The notes under the pieces are model-generated. The model did no database searches. It was not told the DNA's origin and saw nothing but the letters and a program-made list of their open reading frames with translations. Both the position numbers and the translations under genes were made by a program. Source: a virus. From it: a DNA stretch of 64,000 bases. The stretch covers positions 1-64,000 of the IMG/VR virus record IMGVR_UViG_3300032898_000001. One strand, given 5' to 3'. Below are positions 62,774 to 64,000 of this stretch, one piece after another; positions within the stretch are counted from its first letter, which is position 1, and every line of letters begins with the position of its first letter.

Positions 62774-62795
62774 GGTGCTTCCTTCCTGTTCCGGG

Positions 62796-63023
62796 TCAGA
62801 TCGTCTCAACGCCCGTGATGATCACGGAGCTGTGAGTGAACGTGGGCTGGGCGGGAGCCGGGTTCGCGGCACCGGAGATCAAGGCCAGGGCGAGTCCCGC
62901 CGCGACGAGGCCGAGGGCGCTCACGCCGAGGCCCCACCTCGCGTCGCCGCGGTAGTAGGTGACGGGGCCCGCGACCATCGCGATCGCGCCCACGATCAGG
63001 TCGAACCAGAGGGCCTGGCTCAT
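62796..63023 (-). CDS. Small two-TM protein
   Basis: Hydrophobic, ATGA coupling. Confidence 0.5.
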   Translation of the reverse strand: MSQALWFDLIVGAIAMVAGPVTYYRGDARWGLGVSALGLVAAGLALALISGAANPAPAQPTFTHSSVIITGVETI

Positions 63024-63202
63024 CGGGTCGCCTCCGCCCACGCGACGTCGAAGGCGTGGTTGGCCAGGCTCTCGGCCTCGGTCTCGCTCCGGCGAGTGAC
63101 GGCGACGGTGACCTCGATGCCGCTGGGCGTGGTGGCGGAGACCGTGACCCGGTAGTGGCGGTTGATGATGCCGATCGGCTGGGTCTCGATGCGAGCCTGC
63201 AT
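63020..63202 (-). CDS. Small hypothetical protein
   Basis: AGGGAG RBS downstream of promoter. Confidence 0.5.
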   Translation of the reverse strand: MQARIETQPIGIINRHYRVTVSATTPSGIEVTVAVTRRSETEAESLANHAFDVAWAEATR

Positions 63203-63235
63203 GGTAACTCCCTGGTCCGTTTTGCTGTTAGGACA

Positions 63236-63267
63236 ATCATAACACAAAAACAGCAACATGTAAACAG
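63236..63267 (-). promoter_or_regulatory. Conserved phage promoter
   Basis: CTG-TTTACA-N17-TATGAT. Confidence 0.8.
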
Positions 63268-63296
63268 CCAGCGGGACCTCGAGGTAGGATCCTCTC

Positions 63297-64000
63297 ATGG
63301 GATTCCTGCTCGACGCCTCCCACTACCAGGGGACCATCAACTGGCCCCGGGTGAGGGCGGACAACTGCCTCGGAGCCTATATCAAGGTCTCCGACGGTAG
63401 CACGGGCGTGGACCCCACCTGGCAGACCAACCACGCCGGGGCGCGAGGCGTCGGCCTGCCGGTCGGCCCCTACCACTTCGCCGAGGGCGGCAACTCCGGC
63501 ACCGAGGCGGCTCACTTCAGCGGCGCCTGGCCGGCCGGCTGGGACCTCGACCCCGTTCTCGACTACGAGATCGCCGGGGCCAACGCCGGCTGGCTGAGCT
63601 CGTTTCGCCTCAACTTCCGCACGATCACGGGCTTCCAGCCCTTCCGGGTCTACAGCGGCCTGTCCCTGCTCGAGGGGGCCCTCAACCCGGCCAACTGGAT
63701 CGACGCCGAGACCACGATCTGGGCGGCGCGGTACGCCGCCTCGCTCGGGTGGAACCACCCGGCGCTCGTGCTCTGGCAGAACACCAGCACCGCCACGCTC
63801 CCGGGAGTCCTCGGGGACGTCGACGAGGACCAGTTCATGAACGGCTGGACCCCAGCCACCGACCAGGGAGGCTCCGTGGCCCTCACTCAGACCGACGCTC
63901 AGCTTGTCGTCGACACCTTGCTGAACACGCTCCTGGACCAGTGGTTCACTCCCGCCCCGACCCCATCGGTTCACGTCGCCGACGCCCTCGCGGCGCAGTA
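63297..64000 (+). CDS. GH25 muramidase endolysin (runs off window; absent from ORF track)
   Basis: MGFLLDASHYQGTINW..YIKVSDG..GPYHF..VLDYE..VYS..WAARY..LWQ..VDED. Confidence 0.9.
   Translation, partial: MGFLLDASHYQGTINWPRVRADNCLGAYIKVSDGSTGVDPTWQTNHAGARGVGLPVGPYHFAEGGNSGTEAAHFSGAWPAGWDLDPVLDYEIAGANAGWLSSFRLNFRTITGFQPFRVYSGLSLLEGALNPANWIDAETTIWAARYAASLGWNHPALVLWQNTSTATLPGVLGDVDEDQFMNGWTPATDQGGSVALTQTDAQLVVDTLLNTLLDQWFTPAPTPSVHVADALAAQ

Noticed and set aside
1-64000. Prophage/lysogeny module or diversity-generating retroelement
   Set aside because: No integrase, att-linked host genes or reverse transcriptase recognisable in this window

Overview
This is a 64-kb segment of a high-GC tailed siphovirus-type phage, most likely infecting an actinomycete. 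No integrase or CRISPR array is visible. Layout: (1) 1-21.0 kb (+), virion and membrane/lysis genes. The major capsid gene is split by two related group I introns separated by a 16-nt exon, and the second intron carries a Vsr/EDxHD-type homing endonuclease. (2) 21.0-35.3 kb (-), replication/recombination genes (PolA, RuvC-like, SNF2 helicase, PD-(D/E)xK nuclease, Sak4-like ATPase, SSB). They are embedded in an apparent cytosine-modification pathway: dNMP kinase-UDG-like fusion, Asp-type thymidylate-synthase homolog, dCMP deaminase, GT-B glycosyltransferase, dimeric dUTPase-like enzyme and a divergent C5 methyltransferase. (3) 35.4-48 kb (+), an array of seven paralogous basic, 'K-x-GC + transmembrane tail' micro-proteins, a RecD/Dda-like helicase, a GGQ release-factor-like protein, a HicA-like gene, a primase-helicase and an iteron-containing origin. 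(4) 48-63.2 kb (-), many small early genes, an ADP-ribosylglycohydrolase, and an RNA operon. In that operon six tRNAs are interleaved with at least five non-tRNA structured RNAs built from T-loop arms, including a circularly permuted tRNA-like RNA and two double-T-arm RNAs. (5) A GH25 endolysin truncated by the window end. Thirteen promoters share TG(T/G)TAC(A/T)-N17/18-TAnnnT. The strongest novelty candidates are the T-loop ncRNA cluster, the seven-gene membrane-anchored peptide array, the micro-exon capsid gene and the base-modification module. All family assignments come from motif recognition by eye; no database search was run.
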